Shown one piece after another: positions 23,747-32,000 of a stretch of 32,000 nt of DNA. The DNA is from Halomicrobium mukohataei DSM 12286 (GTDB lineage Archaea; Halobacteriota; Halobacteria; Halobacteriales; Haloarculaceae), in NCBI RefSeq assembly GCF_000023965.1, contig NC_013201.1, positions 150,001-182,000 of the forward strand, in the 5' to 3' direction. The position numbers and the translations under genes were made by a program. How positions within the stretch are numbered: position 1 is the first letter of the stretch; every line of letters starts with the position of its first letter. Below the pieces are notes generated by a model. It saw only the letters and a program-made list of their open reading frames with translations, was not told the DNA's origin and made no database searches.

Positions 23747-25495
23747 TCAGACGGGCACCGGCGGAGCAGCCGGATTGAACGCCCCGTCTGCCAGCATCGA
23801 GTAAATCGGGAAGCCGTATGCGATAGCCACGAGGACGACGGCCACGACGACCCACAGCTTCATGTTGTCCAGCACGCGCGGACTGTCCGAGACCCCAGAG
23901 ATCGGTTCGGGGAGGTGGCTGTCGACACGGAGCCGTCCGCGGCCACGCTCTGCGAGCCAGGTGCCAACCATCACGGTGACGAACAGCAGGGCACCGATCG
24001 TCAACAGCAGAGCGCCGGCCGCGATCTGCAGCCGCATCTCCGGGACCGATCCGAAGACCGCCTCGAAGGAGAACTGCTGGTACTGCGGCTCGGCGGTCCG
24101 GCGCGGGACGCCGGCCAGTCCCGCCCGATGCATCGCGTTGGACATCAGGGCCATCCCGATGAACCAGACGTAGGGCTGGATCTGTGCGAGACCGTAGAAC
24201 TGGAGGCGCTTGCCCGTGACCTGTGGGTACAGCCAGTAGCTGATCGCCATCATCGTCAGCGCGCTGGCCGTCCCGACGGTGAGATGGAAGTGGCCCGGCA
24301 CCCACAGCGTGTTGTGGATCAGCGAGTTGATGTTCATGCCCGCGTTGACGATCCCGGAGAACCCGCCCGCGGCGAACATCAGGCCGGCGAGCGCACACCC
24401 GGCGAAGGCCGGATTCGACCACGGCAGGGCGGTCATCCAGCGAAGGTAGCCCTTCCCGCCGCGCTGTCGAGCGCCGTACTCGATGCTCGCGACGGCGGTA
24501 AACGCGGTGAGGAAGCTCGGGAGCAACAGGAACATCGTGTTGGTCATCGCGACGAACTTGAACCCTTCCGCGATCCCGGGGTCCGCGTACTGGTGGTGGA
24601 ATCCGACGGGCGTCGAGAGGATCAAGAAGAGGACGAACACGACGCGCGCGAGCGGGTCGCTGAACAGCCGGCCGCCGGCGAGCTTGGGCAGGATCGTGTA
24701 CCACGCGAAGTACGCCGGCATGAGCCAGAAGTAGACGACCGGGTGGCCGAAGTACCAGAACAGCGTCCGAGTCAACAGCGGATCGACGCTGTCGATCAGC
24801 CCCAGCGAGAGCGGCAGGAGGAACACGAGCACCTCGACGGCGACCCCGATGGTAGCGATGTACCACATCAGCGTCGTCGTCAACACCATGAACGTCTGGA
24901 GTGGGATCCGCTCACCGCCGTTGTCACGCCGCCAGTGGACGTACAGGCGGATCCAGTCGGCTCCCGCGAGCCACGTGCCGACGAGCCACGCCGCCAGTCC
25001 AGCGTAGAACAGCGGATGGGCCTGCAGGGGCGCATAGAAGGTGTAGAGCACGTCTGCCTCGAACGGGATCTCGCCGACGAAGCCGCCGAAAATAGCCAGG
25101 GCGACCGCAGTGGCACCAACGAGCTGGAGCCCGAACCAGAACAGCGAGAAGCGCCGCGAGAGGAGGTCGCGGTCGAGACTCCGGGCGACGCCCCAGGAGA
25201 AGACCCCAGAGAGGAAGAAGATCGTAAAGAACAGCGCGAGCAAGACGCCGTGACCGGTCAGCACCGTGTAGTAGTCGACCGAGCTGATCACGCCCCGAAA
25301 GACGTTCGTTCGGTGCAGCGCCTGGACGATCCCGAGCACCGCACCGATCAACAGGGCGGTAAACGAGACGCCAAAGCACAGTCGCGTCACGCGTGCCGCG
25401 GTGGGATACTGGTCGACGAAGGCAACTCGATTGCCGGCAGTCAGCTCGGATTGTGCTCGGCTCTCGCTGGTCGGGTCGTCGTGTGCATGTGCCAT
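23747..25495 (-). CDS. cbaA: ba3-type (B-family) heme-copper oxidase subunit I
   Basis: FGHPVVYFWLMPAYFAWYTILPKLAGG, GFHHQYADPGI and GHFHLTVG match Thermus-type ba3 subunit I rather than A-family WAHHMF. It has about 13 TM segments. Confidence 0.9.
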   Translation of the reverse strand: MAHAHDDPTSESRAQSELTAGNRVAFVDQYPTAARVTRLCFGVSFTALLIGAVLGIVQALHRTNVFRGVISSVDYYTVLTGHGVLLALFFTIFFLSGVFSWGVARSLDRDLLSRRFSLFWFGLQLVGATAVALAIFGGFVGEIPFEADVLYTFYAPLQAHPLFYAGLAAWLVGTWLAGADWIRLYVHWRRDNGGERIPLQTFMVLTTTLMWYIATIGVAVEVLVFLLPLSLGLIDSVDPLLTRTLFWYFGHPVVYFWLMPAYFAWYTILPKLAGGRLFSDPLARVVFVLFLILSTPVGFHHQYADPGIAEGFKFVAMTNTMFLLLPSFLTAFTAVASIEYGARQRGGKGYLRWMTALPWSNPAFAGCALAGLMFAAGGFSGIVNAGMNINSLIHNTLWVPGHFHLTVGTASALTMMAISYWLYPQVTGKRLQFYGLAQIQPYVWFIGMALMSNAMHRAGLAGVPRRTAEPQYQQFSFEAVFGSVPEMRLQIAAGALLLTIGALLFVTVMVGTWLAERGRGRLRVDSHLPEPISGVSDSPRVLDNMKLWVVVAVVLVAIAYGFPIYSMLADGAFNPAAPPVPV

Positions 25496-25497
25496 CG

Positions 25498-26016
25498 TTA
25501 CTGCACCTCACTCGTCTCGTTGAACTCCGACGGTGGGACCACCTGCAGTGATCCCTCCATCGTGTGGTGGCCGCTGCCACAGTACTCGTTACAGACGATG
25601 CCGTACTCCGCGGGCTCGTCGAACTCGGCCGTGACCATCGCCTTCTGTCCCGGAACAGTCATCGTATTGATATTCGTGCCGACGATCTCGAACCCGTGGA
25701 GGACGTCACGGCTGGTCACGTGGAACGTCACGGTACTGTTGGCTGGCACGCGGATTGGCTCGTTCGTTCCGGGGACGAACAGGAACCGCTGCGTTTCGAC
25801 GTAGACGTCGTAGTGGCCGTCTTCGCTCCCGTTGTAGACACCGGGTTCGCGGACGTTCTCGCTCGCGGTGGGGTCGGTCCCGTCGACCTGTCCACCCTCC
25901 GCGTCGACCATCCCGTAGCCAGCACCGACGGCCCCGTAGGTCACCGTCGCGACGAACAGAGCGATCAACAGCAGCGATCCCACCAGCCAGATGCGTTCAA
26001 ATCTGTGGACGTGCAT
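25498..26016 (-). CDS. cbaB: ba3-type oxidase subunit II (CuA)
   Basis: 172 aa from MHVHRFERIW, with a single N-terminal TM and a cupredoxin domain. CuA ligands are H..(HGFEIVG) and CNEYCGSGHHTM. The stop is 2 nt before the subunit I ATG. The track's longer 5' extension is Arg-rich and implausible. Confidence 0.9.
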   Translation of the reverse strand: MHVHRFERIWLVGSLLLIALFVATVTYGAVGAGYGMVDAEGGQVDGTDPTASENVREPGVYNGSEDGHYDVYVETQRFLFVPGTNEPIRVPANSTVTFHVTSRDVLHGFEIVGTNINTMTVPGQKAMVTAEFDEPAEYGIVCNEYCGSGHHTMEGSLQVVPPSEFNETSEVQ

Positions 26017-26018
26017 AG

Positions 26019-26396
26019 TCACCCGATCACCGTTGGTCCGTTGTCGAGGAACTCGACGAAGTACATGAACAGCCAGGTCAGGGAGACGACGGCGAAGTAA
26101 AGAGCCAGCAACGTCGCCGTCCCGACGGGGTCGAACGCGTCGTGGTCGACCGACTCCGTCTCGGATTCGGCCACCGACGACTCGTACATCACCCCGGCTG
26201 CTCGCTGTGTGTCCGTTCGCTCGTCGCCGTGCGACTCGAACGACGTGTCGGGCTGATCGTGCCACCCGAACCGATAGCTGAGTAGTAGAATACCAGCGGT
26301 GACTCCGAGGCCGATCGCGGTCGTCAGAAGTAACATGCGACTCCCGCCGGAACCACCACCCGACGCTGTGGCCAGTGCTATTTGGAGACCCCTCAT
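26019..26396 (-). CDS. Small two-TM protein upstream of cbaB (possible small oxidase subunit)
   Basis: TM helices are LLLTTAIGLGVTAGILLLSY and TATLLALYFAVVSLTWLFMYFV. The stop abuts the cbaB start. The start is uncertain (26396 or 26336). Confidence 0.5.
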   Translation of the reverse strand: MRGLQIALATASGGGSGGSRMLLLTTAIGLGVTAGILLLSYRFGWHDQPDTSFESHGDERTDTQRAAGVMYESSVAESETESVDHDAFDPVGTATLLALYFAVVSLTWLFMYFVEFLDNGPTVIG

Positions 26397-26477
26397 ACTC
26401 GGTTGGCTTCGAGCGAACTGACATGTACTCTGGGTTGTCACAGGACAACTTCGGGAGGACGGCACCGTGGTCGACGG

Positions 26478-28817
26478 TTACGACCCCGCCTCGCTACCGA
26501 CCGGACGGGTCGAGTTGAGCACGACGAGCAGGCTACTGGTCGCCATCGCCACGGCGGCAAACAGGGGGTTCAGGACACCGACGACGGCGAGTGGCAGCGC
26601 GATCCCGTTGTACAGGAACGCCCAGCCGAGGTTCTCGCGGATCCGTCGGCGGGTCCCTTCCGTCGTGGCGAACACCTCTGGCAGCGCGGCGAGAGAGTCG
26701 TCGGTGACGACCACGTCCGCCGCGTCGAACGCGAGCCGTGTGCCACTCTCGACGGTGATCCCGAGGTCAGCTGCCCCCAGTGCCGGCGCGTCGTTGCTCC
26801 CGTCGCCGACCATCGCCACGGTGCCGTCGACCCCCAGCCGATCGACGACCGCGGCCTTGGCCTCGGGCGGGACACCGGCGAAGACTTCGTCGACCGAGCG
26901 GTGGGACGCGAACTGTTCGGCTGCCGCCCGGTCGTCGCCCGTGATCACGACGACGCGGCGGTCGGCCGCGAGGCGATCGAGCACCGATTGCCACCCCTCG
27001 CGCACCTCGTCACCGACGACGACGGCACCGCGAACGCGCCCGTCCCAGCCGACGTAGCTCGCGATCGCGTCGTCACCGGCACCGTCGTAGGTGGCGGCCA
27101 CGCCGCTGGGGACGGTCCAGTCCCGCGCCGCGAACAGCGACTCGTCGCCGACCAGCACGGTCCTGTCGCCGACTGTCGCCTGCACGCCCCGTCCGGGGAT
27201 CGTCTCGAAGGCCGTGACGGGCTCGTCGGGCGGTGTCCCCGCCTCGGAGATCGCCTCCGCGACGGGGTGGGTCGCGAACTGTTCGACGGCGCTGGCGTAC
27301 GCGAGGCTCTCGTCGTGGCCCACGACCGTCCGAACGGTCATCGATCCAGTGGTGAGGGTGCCCGTCTTGTCGAGCGCGACAGTCTCGACCGCCGGTGCCG
27401 TCTCCAGGGCTGTGTCGTCGGTGATCACGATGCCCGCGTCGAGAGCGTCTCGAATCCCAGCGGCGACGGCCATCGGCGTCGCCAGACCCAGTGCACAGGG
27501 ACAGGAGACGACGAGGACGGTCAGGCCGGTCAACAGTGCCGCGGTCGCTCCAGTGCCCGCGAGCAGGTGGACGACCAGCGTCCCGACAGCCAGGACGAAC
27601 ACGAGCGGGACGAACACCGCCGCGATCCTGTCGACGAGGCGCTGTGCGCCGGGTGTCGCGCTCTGTACCTCCCACAGCGTCTCTGCGAGTCGGTCCACAG
27701 TGCTCGTCGGGTCCTCGTCAGCGCGGACGACGACCCCACCGTCCGTGACCGTCGTCCCGCCGAGAACCGCGTCCCCGGTGGCTTTCGAGACGGGCAGCGA
27801 CTCGCCGGTGACCAGTGACTCGTCGACCGCGGCCGTGCCTTCGACGACCGTCCCGTCGACGGGGACCGGTTCGCCACCTTTGACTACCAGTTCGTCACCG
27901 CCGTCGACTGCCGACCGAGAAACCGACTCGATGCCGTCGGCCGTCCGGCGGCGTGCCGCGTCCGCTCGTTCGTCGGAGACCGTTGCGAGGCGGCCCATGG
28001 CCCGTCTGCGGACACGCTCCTGATAGTAGTCGCCGACGGTCACCGCGAGGACGACGACGACCGCCACGTCGAAGTACAGATCCGTCTGACCGAGCGCCAT
28101 CGCGATCGTGCTGTAGACGTAGGCCGTCGCCGCCGCGATCGCCACGAGCAAGTCCATGTTCGGGTGGCCGACCCGCAGGCTCACGACCGCACCACGGAAC
28201 AGCGGATAGCCGGTGTAGGCCACCACGACCGTCGCCATGACCCAGACGTTCGCGAACAGGAACCCACCCGCGGGACCGTCCAGGTCGACGAGCAGCGACG
28301 ACGGCGCGACGCCCGTGTACACGGGATAGAGAAAGAGGACGTACCAGGCCATCACCATCATCCCGAAGAAGCCACCGACCATGAGACGACCGACGGTCTC
28401 TTGGGCGTCGTCGGCCGACGCCGCGCCCTCCTGGGTCGCGTCGTAGCCGTGCCCCGAGATGCGGTCCGCGATCGCGTCGGGTTCGGCCGTCGCCGGATCG
28501 AAGACGACACGGACCATCCCAGCGGTGTAGCTGGCCTCGGCGGCCCGAACGCCCGGAGCGTCGGTCGCGGTGGCTTCGAGGAAGGTCTCGCAGGTGGCAC
28601 AGTGCATTCCGTCGACGTCGAAGTAGGCCCGATCGCCATCGACGGAGTCCACGTCTGGCCCGGTGTCGACGGCCGTCTGGGGATCGGCGTCGGCGGGCGC
28701 GTCGTCGAGCGTGCGGGCGACCGTCAGGCACCCCTGACAGCAGAAGGCACCGTCCACGTCCGGAGCGGTGTGGGGCGGATCGGGTGTCGGCAGGCCACAG
28801 AGAGTACACTCGCCCAT
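26478..28817 (-). CDS. Copper-type P1B heavy-metal ATPase with N-terminal TRASH-like Cys motif and HMA domain
   Basis: Motifs found: DKTGTLT, CPC (VVSCPCALGLATP), MVGDGSNDAPAL and TGES. The HMA domain reads GMHCATC. The N terminus MGECTLCGLP-x-FCCQGC is C-x2-C-x18-C-x3-C. I place the start at ATG 28815-28817, 2 nt after the upstream stop. Confidence 0.9.
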   Translation of the reverse strand: MGECTLCGLPTPDPPHTAPDVDGAFCCQGCLTVARTLDDAPADADPQTAVDTGPDVDSVDGDRAYFDVDGMHCATCETFLEATATDAPGVRAAEASYTAGMVRVVFDPATAEPDAIADRISGHGYDATQEGAASADDAQETVGRLMVGGFFGMMVMAWYVLFLYPVYTGVAPSSLLVDLDGPAGGFLFANVWVMATVVVAYTGYPLFRGAVVSLRVGHPNMDLLVAIAAATAYVYSTIAMALGQTDLYFDVAVVVVLAVTVGDYYQERVRRRAMGRLATVSDERADAARRRTADGIESVSRSAVDGGDELVVKGGEPVPVDGTVVEGTAAVDESLVTGESLPVSKATGDAVLGGTTVTDGGVVVRADEDPTSTVDRLAETLWEVQSATPGAQRLVDRIAAVFVPLVFVLAVGTLVVHLLAGTGATAALLTGLTVLVVSCPCALGLATPMAVAAGIRDALDAGIVITDDTALETAPAVETVALDKTGTLTTGSMTVRTVVGHDESLAYASAVEQFATHPVAEAISEAGTPPDEPVTAFETIPGRGVQATVGDRTVLVGDESLFAARDWTVPSGVAATYDGAGDDAIASYVGWDGRVRGAVVVGDEVREGWQSVLDRLAADRRVVVITGDDRAAAEQFASHRSVDEVFAGVPPEAKAAVVDRLGVDGTVAMVGDGSNDAPALGAADLGITVESGTRLAFDAADVVVTDDSLAALPEVFATTEGTRRRIRENLGWAFLYNGIALPLAVVGVLNPLFAAVAMATSSLLVVLNSTRPVGSEAGS

Positions 28818-28819
28818 AG

Positions 28820-29593
28820 TTATCCCAGTGGTTGGTAGATCGGAATGCTCGAATGCGGGAGGTGGATGCCCAGTAACATCGCACCGTGTGCCAGCGGGAG
28901 GTAGCCAAGCAGCAAGAACGTGACGCCGAGGACGCGGTGGAGCGGTCCCTGAAATCGCGGCGAGATCGACTGGAACGCGACGCCGTAGGCAAAGACGGTC
29001 GGCACCGTCGCCAGCCCCAGCACGGCGAGCGCGACGCCGCCACGGACCGGCGATCCCGTCGCGAAGGCGTACAGAAACGCGGGGTACAGCAACGGGCACG
29101 GGAGGACCCCGTGGGCCGCGCCGAGCGCGACGATCTGGGGGCCACGAACCCACCGCTCGATTCGGTCGAGCAACGCAGTACTCACCCGTTCGAAGACCGC
29201 CGGTGTCGGGGCGTGACCGAACAGTCCCCCAGTTCCCGTCAACAAGTAGTTCGCGCCGACGAGGAGGATGACACCGCCGATCACCAGACCGGCGACCGCG
29301 CGAACGTCGTTCGCGACGGCCGCGACCGCCGCAGCGTCGTACAGCAGCGCACCCAGCCCGCCGAACAGCACCCCGAGAACGGTGTAGCTCGCGGTCCGAC
29401 CCAGATTAAACAGCAGGTGCTGGCGGATCGTCCGCCAGGTCGCCGGACCGTCTGTCCCCATCTGATCGGCGTAGACAGTCACCAGCGGTCCGCACATGCC
29501 CAGACAGTGCACACCACCAAGCAGCCCGACGAGCGCGAAGACGACCAGCTCGACCTGCCCAGAGAGGGCACCAGACACCTGCGGGACAGACAT
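28820..29593 (-). CDS. DsbD_2 / TauE-like membrane protein with an HC-x2-MCGP motif
   Basis: 257 aa, about 6-7 TM. GGVHCLGMCGPL lies near the N terminus and HGVLPCPLLYP lies later. This family is often linked to Cu-ATPases and oxidase biogenesis. Confidence 0.7.
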   Translation of the reverse strand: MSVPQVSGALSGQVELVVFALVGLLGGVHCLGMCGPLVTVYADQMGTDGPATWRTIRQHLLFNLGRTASYTVLGVLFGGLGALLYDAAAVAAVANDVRAVAGLVIGGVILLVGANYLLTGTGGLFGHAPTPAVFERVSTALLDRIERWVRGPQIVALGAAHGVLPCPLLYPAFLYAFATGSPVRGGVALAVLGLATVPTVFAYGVAFQSISPRFQGPLHRVLGVTFLLLGYLPLAHGAMLLGIHLPHSSIPIYQPLG

Positions 29594-29597
29594 CGAG

Positions 29598-29786
29598 TCA
29601 GGCGAGGCCGCCGGGTAGACGCAGTTCGTCCGCCGAATCGAACATGATGCGGACGGCGACCACGATCAGGACAGTATTGAGGATCGCGAGCACCGCGACG
29701 GGCTCCAGCCAGATCACGAACGCGAGTGCCGACGGGATCGTGAGCAGTCCCACCAGCGGCAGCCACGAGAGCGGGATCCGTGTCAT
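29598..29786 (-). CDS. Small two-TM protein, first gene of the ATPase/oxidase same-strand cluster
   Basis: 62-aa hydrophobic ORF. Its stop is 4 nt before the next start. Confidence 0.45.
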   Translation of the reverse strand: MTRIPLSWLPLVGLLTIPSALAFVIWLEPVAVLAILNTVLIVVAVRIMFDSADELRLPGGLA

Positions 29787-29953
29787 AGAGTCCAGTACAC
29801 CACACCGGAAAGTAAATCAGAGGTTGTCTCTCGACAACTCCCGACAGAGCTGGTCTCGGGCAGTGGGCCCTTCGGATTGCCCGGATGCCCTGGAGTTATC
29901 ACTGCTGGGAACGGAGGGACAGGCTTACTTTCGGGCGTTTTTTCTCTCTCGGT

Positions 29954-31507
29954 ATGAAAGATTGGTCGAACACCTTCGGAGACGGCGGCCTCAACGCCCT
30001 CCTCGACGTCGACTCGCTCGTCGCCGCGTGTGGCATAGACGAGTCGGAAATCGAGTGGCGAAAGGAGTTCGTCGGCTTCGACGAGACCGACGAACAGCAC
30101 CTCTCGGAGCTCGAAGAGCTGTTTCGGGCCCACACCGACGAGATCGCAGACGGCTTCTACGACAACCTGACCGATCACCAGCAGACCAGCGACGTGATCG
30201 GTCGGTCGGACAAGTCCCTCCAGCAGCTCAAAGAGACCCAGTCCGCGTATCTCGTGACCCTCGCCAGCGGAGAGTACGGAATGGACTACTTCCGCGACCG
30301 GGCACGGATCGGCAAGATCCACGATCTGCTCGAAATGCCGATGAAACACTACATCGGTCAGTACGGCGTCTACTACGACCTCATCTTCCCGCTCCTGTTC
30401 GACCGGATCGAGGAACGGCTCGTCGACCGACTGACAGACACAGCGGCTCTCGCGGGCGACGGCGGTCCCCAGGCGGTCGAGGCAGGAACCCGAGAGTCGG
30501 TCGAGGAGATCGTCGGCGAAGAACTGGATCGCGGCCTCGAAGAGATCCTCGCGGTGTTGCGGATCGTCAACCTCGACATGCAGGTCGTCGCCGACACGTA
30601 CATCCACTCCTACAGTCAGGAGCTCGAACAGTCGATCGAAGAGCGCGAGCAGCTCATGACGGATATCGAACAGGACCTCGCAGATCCGATTCGGACGCTC
30701 CGTGACTCCGCCGAGGACGTCGCCACCAGCACCGACGAAATCAGCGACATCGCTCGCGAACAGGCAGGGACGACCGAAACCGTCGGCCGTGAGATCAGCA
30801 ACGTCAGCGCGACCGTCGAGGAGATCGCCTCGACGGCCGACGAGGTCGCGGCCACGAGCGAGCGTGCCGAGCGACTCGCCGAGGACGGGCGGACCGCCGC
30901 CGCCGACGCGATCGAGGCGATGGAGCGAGTTCAGGAGTCGTCCGGAGACGTCGTCAGCGACGTGGACCGGCTGGAAGAGCGCGTCGCAGAGATCGACGAG
31001 ATCGTGGACATGATCAACGACATCTCCGATCAGACGAACATGCTGGCGCTGAACGCCTCCATCGAGGCCGCCCGTGCCGGCGAGGCCGGCGACGGCTTCG
31101 CCGTCGTCGCAGACGAGGTCAAGAGCCTCGCCGAGGAATCTCGCACACACGCCAGCGAGATCGAGGAGATGGTCGAGGAGATCCAGGCCGACACCGAGAA
31201 CGCAGTCGCCAGTCTCGAAGCGACCGCGCAGGACGTCGACCGCGGAATCGAGCGGGTCGAATCGGCGACCGAGACCCTCCAGGAGATCGTCGACGTCGTG
31301 GCCGAGGCCTCTCGTGGAATCCACGAGGTCTCGGACGCGACCGACGATCAGGCGGCCTCTGCAGAGGCGGTGGCGGGTATGGTGGACGAACTCGTCGACC
31401 AGGCCGACCAGGTCGCCGACGAGGTAGAGGCAGTCGCAGCCGCAAACGAAGAGCAAACGAAGACGATCCGCGAGATCAGCGAGACGGCGGAGCGACTCGG
31501 CGAGTGA
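29954..31507 (+). CDS. hemAT: Globin-coupled (heme-based) aerotaxis transducer HemAT
   Basis: The N-terminal sensor-globin domain includes [14 protein letters not shown], which supplies the proximal His. The C-terminal MCP signalling domain has the hairpin [40 protein letters not shown]. There are no TM segments. I place the start at MKDWSNTF (ATG 29954). Confidence 0.85.
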   Translation: MKDWSNTFGDGGLNALLDVDSLVAACGIDESEIEWRKEFVGFDETDEQHLSELEELFRAHTDEIADGFYDNLTDHQQTSDVIGRSDKSLQQLKETQSAYLVTLASGEYGMDYFRDRARIGKIHDLLEMPMKHYIGQYGVYYDLIFPLLFDRIEERLVDRLTDTAALAGDGGPQAVEAGTRESVEEIVGEELDRGLEEILAVLRIVNLDMQVVADTYIHSYSQELEQSIEEREQLMTDIEQDLADPIRTLRDSAEDVATSTDEISDIAREQAGTTETVGREISNVSATVEEIASTADEVAATSERAERLAEDGRTAAADAIEAMERVQESSGDVVSDVDRLEERVAEIDEIVDMINDISDQTNMLALNASIEAARAGEAGDGFAVVADEVKSLAEESRTHASEIEEMVEEIQADTENAVASLEATAQDVDRGIERVESATETLQEIVDVVAEASRGIHEVSDATDDQAASAEAVAGMVDELVDQADQVADEVEAVAAANEEQTKTIREISETAERLGE

Positions 31508-31599
31508 GCGCCTCGGCGTGCGCGTACCGCCCGTGGTGTCGTTGAACATATTCGGCCCGTCCTGAAAGACATATCCCGGTCAATCCACTCCGGCCGAGT

Positions 31600-32000
31600 A
31601 TGACCACCCACAGGAGTGAGCGCGTGCGCGTGCTCGCGGTGACGGCAGACCCCTCGTTCGCGAGTTCCTGTGAGCGCCACCTCGGCGAACACGACTCCCT
31701 CACCGTCACCACGGCGGGGACGGTCGGAGAGGCGATCGAACGACTCGCTGGCGACAGGGGTGTCGACTGCATCGTCAGCGACCACGATCTGCCCGACACG
31801 GACGGGCTCGCGTTTCTCGAATCGGTCCGGACGAAGTCACCGATGCTCCCGTTCGTGTTGTTCACCAGCGAAGGGACCGAAGAGATCGCCAGCCACGCGA
31901 TCTCCGCCGACGTGACGGAGTATCTCGTCAAGGGGCGTCACGACGACCAGTGGGATCAGCTGGCGACGCTCGTCGTCGACGCGGTCGACTACCACCGTAG
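31600..32000 (+). CDS. Response regulator receiver domain protein (3' end outside the window)
   Basis: The frame-1 ORF from ATG 31600 is open to the window end, so the track does not list it. Sequence: VLAVTADPSF...IVSDHDLPDTDGLAFLESVR...PFVLFTSEG...ADVTEYLVKG. This shows the phospho-acceptor Asp, Thr/Ser and Lys pattern of REC domains. Confidence 0.8.
   Translation, partial: MTTHRSERVRVLAVTADPSFASSCERHLGEHDSLTVTTAGTVGEAIERLAGDRGVDCIVSDHDLPDTDGLAFLESVRTKSPMLPFVLFTSEGTEEIASHAISADVTEYLVKGRHDDQWDQLATLVVDAVDYHR

Noticed and set aside
25498-26448. 316-aa version of the oxidase subunit II ORF, and the 148-aa version of the upstream ORF (26019-26465)
   Set aside because: The N-terminal extensions are Arg/Ser-rich and overlap the neighbouring gene. 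Internal ATGs (26016; 26396 or 26336) give proteins of canonical size and topology.
1-32000. CRISPR arrays, rRNA or tRNA genes, and intact IS elements or integrases
   Set aside because: I found no regularly spaced direct repeats, no cloverleaf-compatible or rRNA-like segments, and no transposase or integrase motifs in any frame I inspected. Absence is by eye only and should be confirmed with tRNAscan, Infernal or ISfinder-type searches.

Overview
GC-rich sequence whose predicted proteins are strongly acidic. With Bat-type HTH, HemAT and ba3-oxidase genes, this points to a haloarchaeon (class Halobacteria; inference only). Layout, left to right: (1) 155-4150, arsenic-resistance cluster on two strands: arsD-arsA plus two translationally coupled small acidic proteins that both end in Cys-Cys, a divergent arsR, and a broken arsC. 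(2) 3680-5330, a decay zone holding the arsC stub, an ambiguous HTH-like fragment, a hypothetical gene and a frameshifted RNR beta-subunit remnant. (3) 5366-8810, nrdR-nrdB-nrdA operon (class I ribonucleotide reductase) with two NrdR-box-like palindromes in the nrdR promoter. (4) 8810-9570, a lower-GC, ORF-poor spacer. (5) azlD plus a 5'-truncated azlC whose break at about 10020-10085 looks like an island boundary. (6) 10086-19712, an accessory region. Its core (11284-17065, minus strand) is the most interesting locus: a roughly 1060-codon ORF with polymorphic-toxin architecture, made of ten TSP3-type Ca-binding repeats, a PT-TG-like pre-toxin segment and a very AT-rich, Lys/Asn-rich tip with a PD-(D/E)xK-like motif. 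One in-frame TGA and one -1 frame change at an A6 run split it. It is followed by three full and one truncated paralogous acidic immunity-like genes and an orphan toxin-tail fragment. The region also holds a wHTH plus small-membrane-protein pair, an 86-nt imperfect palindrome and a sulfatase N-terminal stub. (7) 19744-23713: small membrane proteins, a photolyase/cryptochrome gene and a Bat-type regulator. (8) 23747-32000, an oxygen-related cluster: ba3-type oxidase subunits I and II, a TRASH/HMA Cu-type P1B-ATPase, a DsbD_2-like membrane protein, the globin-coupled transducer HemAT and a partial response regulator. I recognised no rRNA, tRNA, CRISPR array or intact transposase. Many long Arg-rich ORFs in the track are antisense shadows of the real genes.
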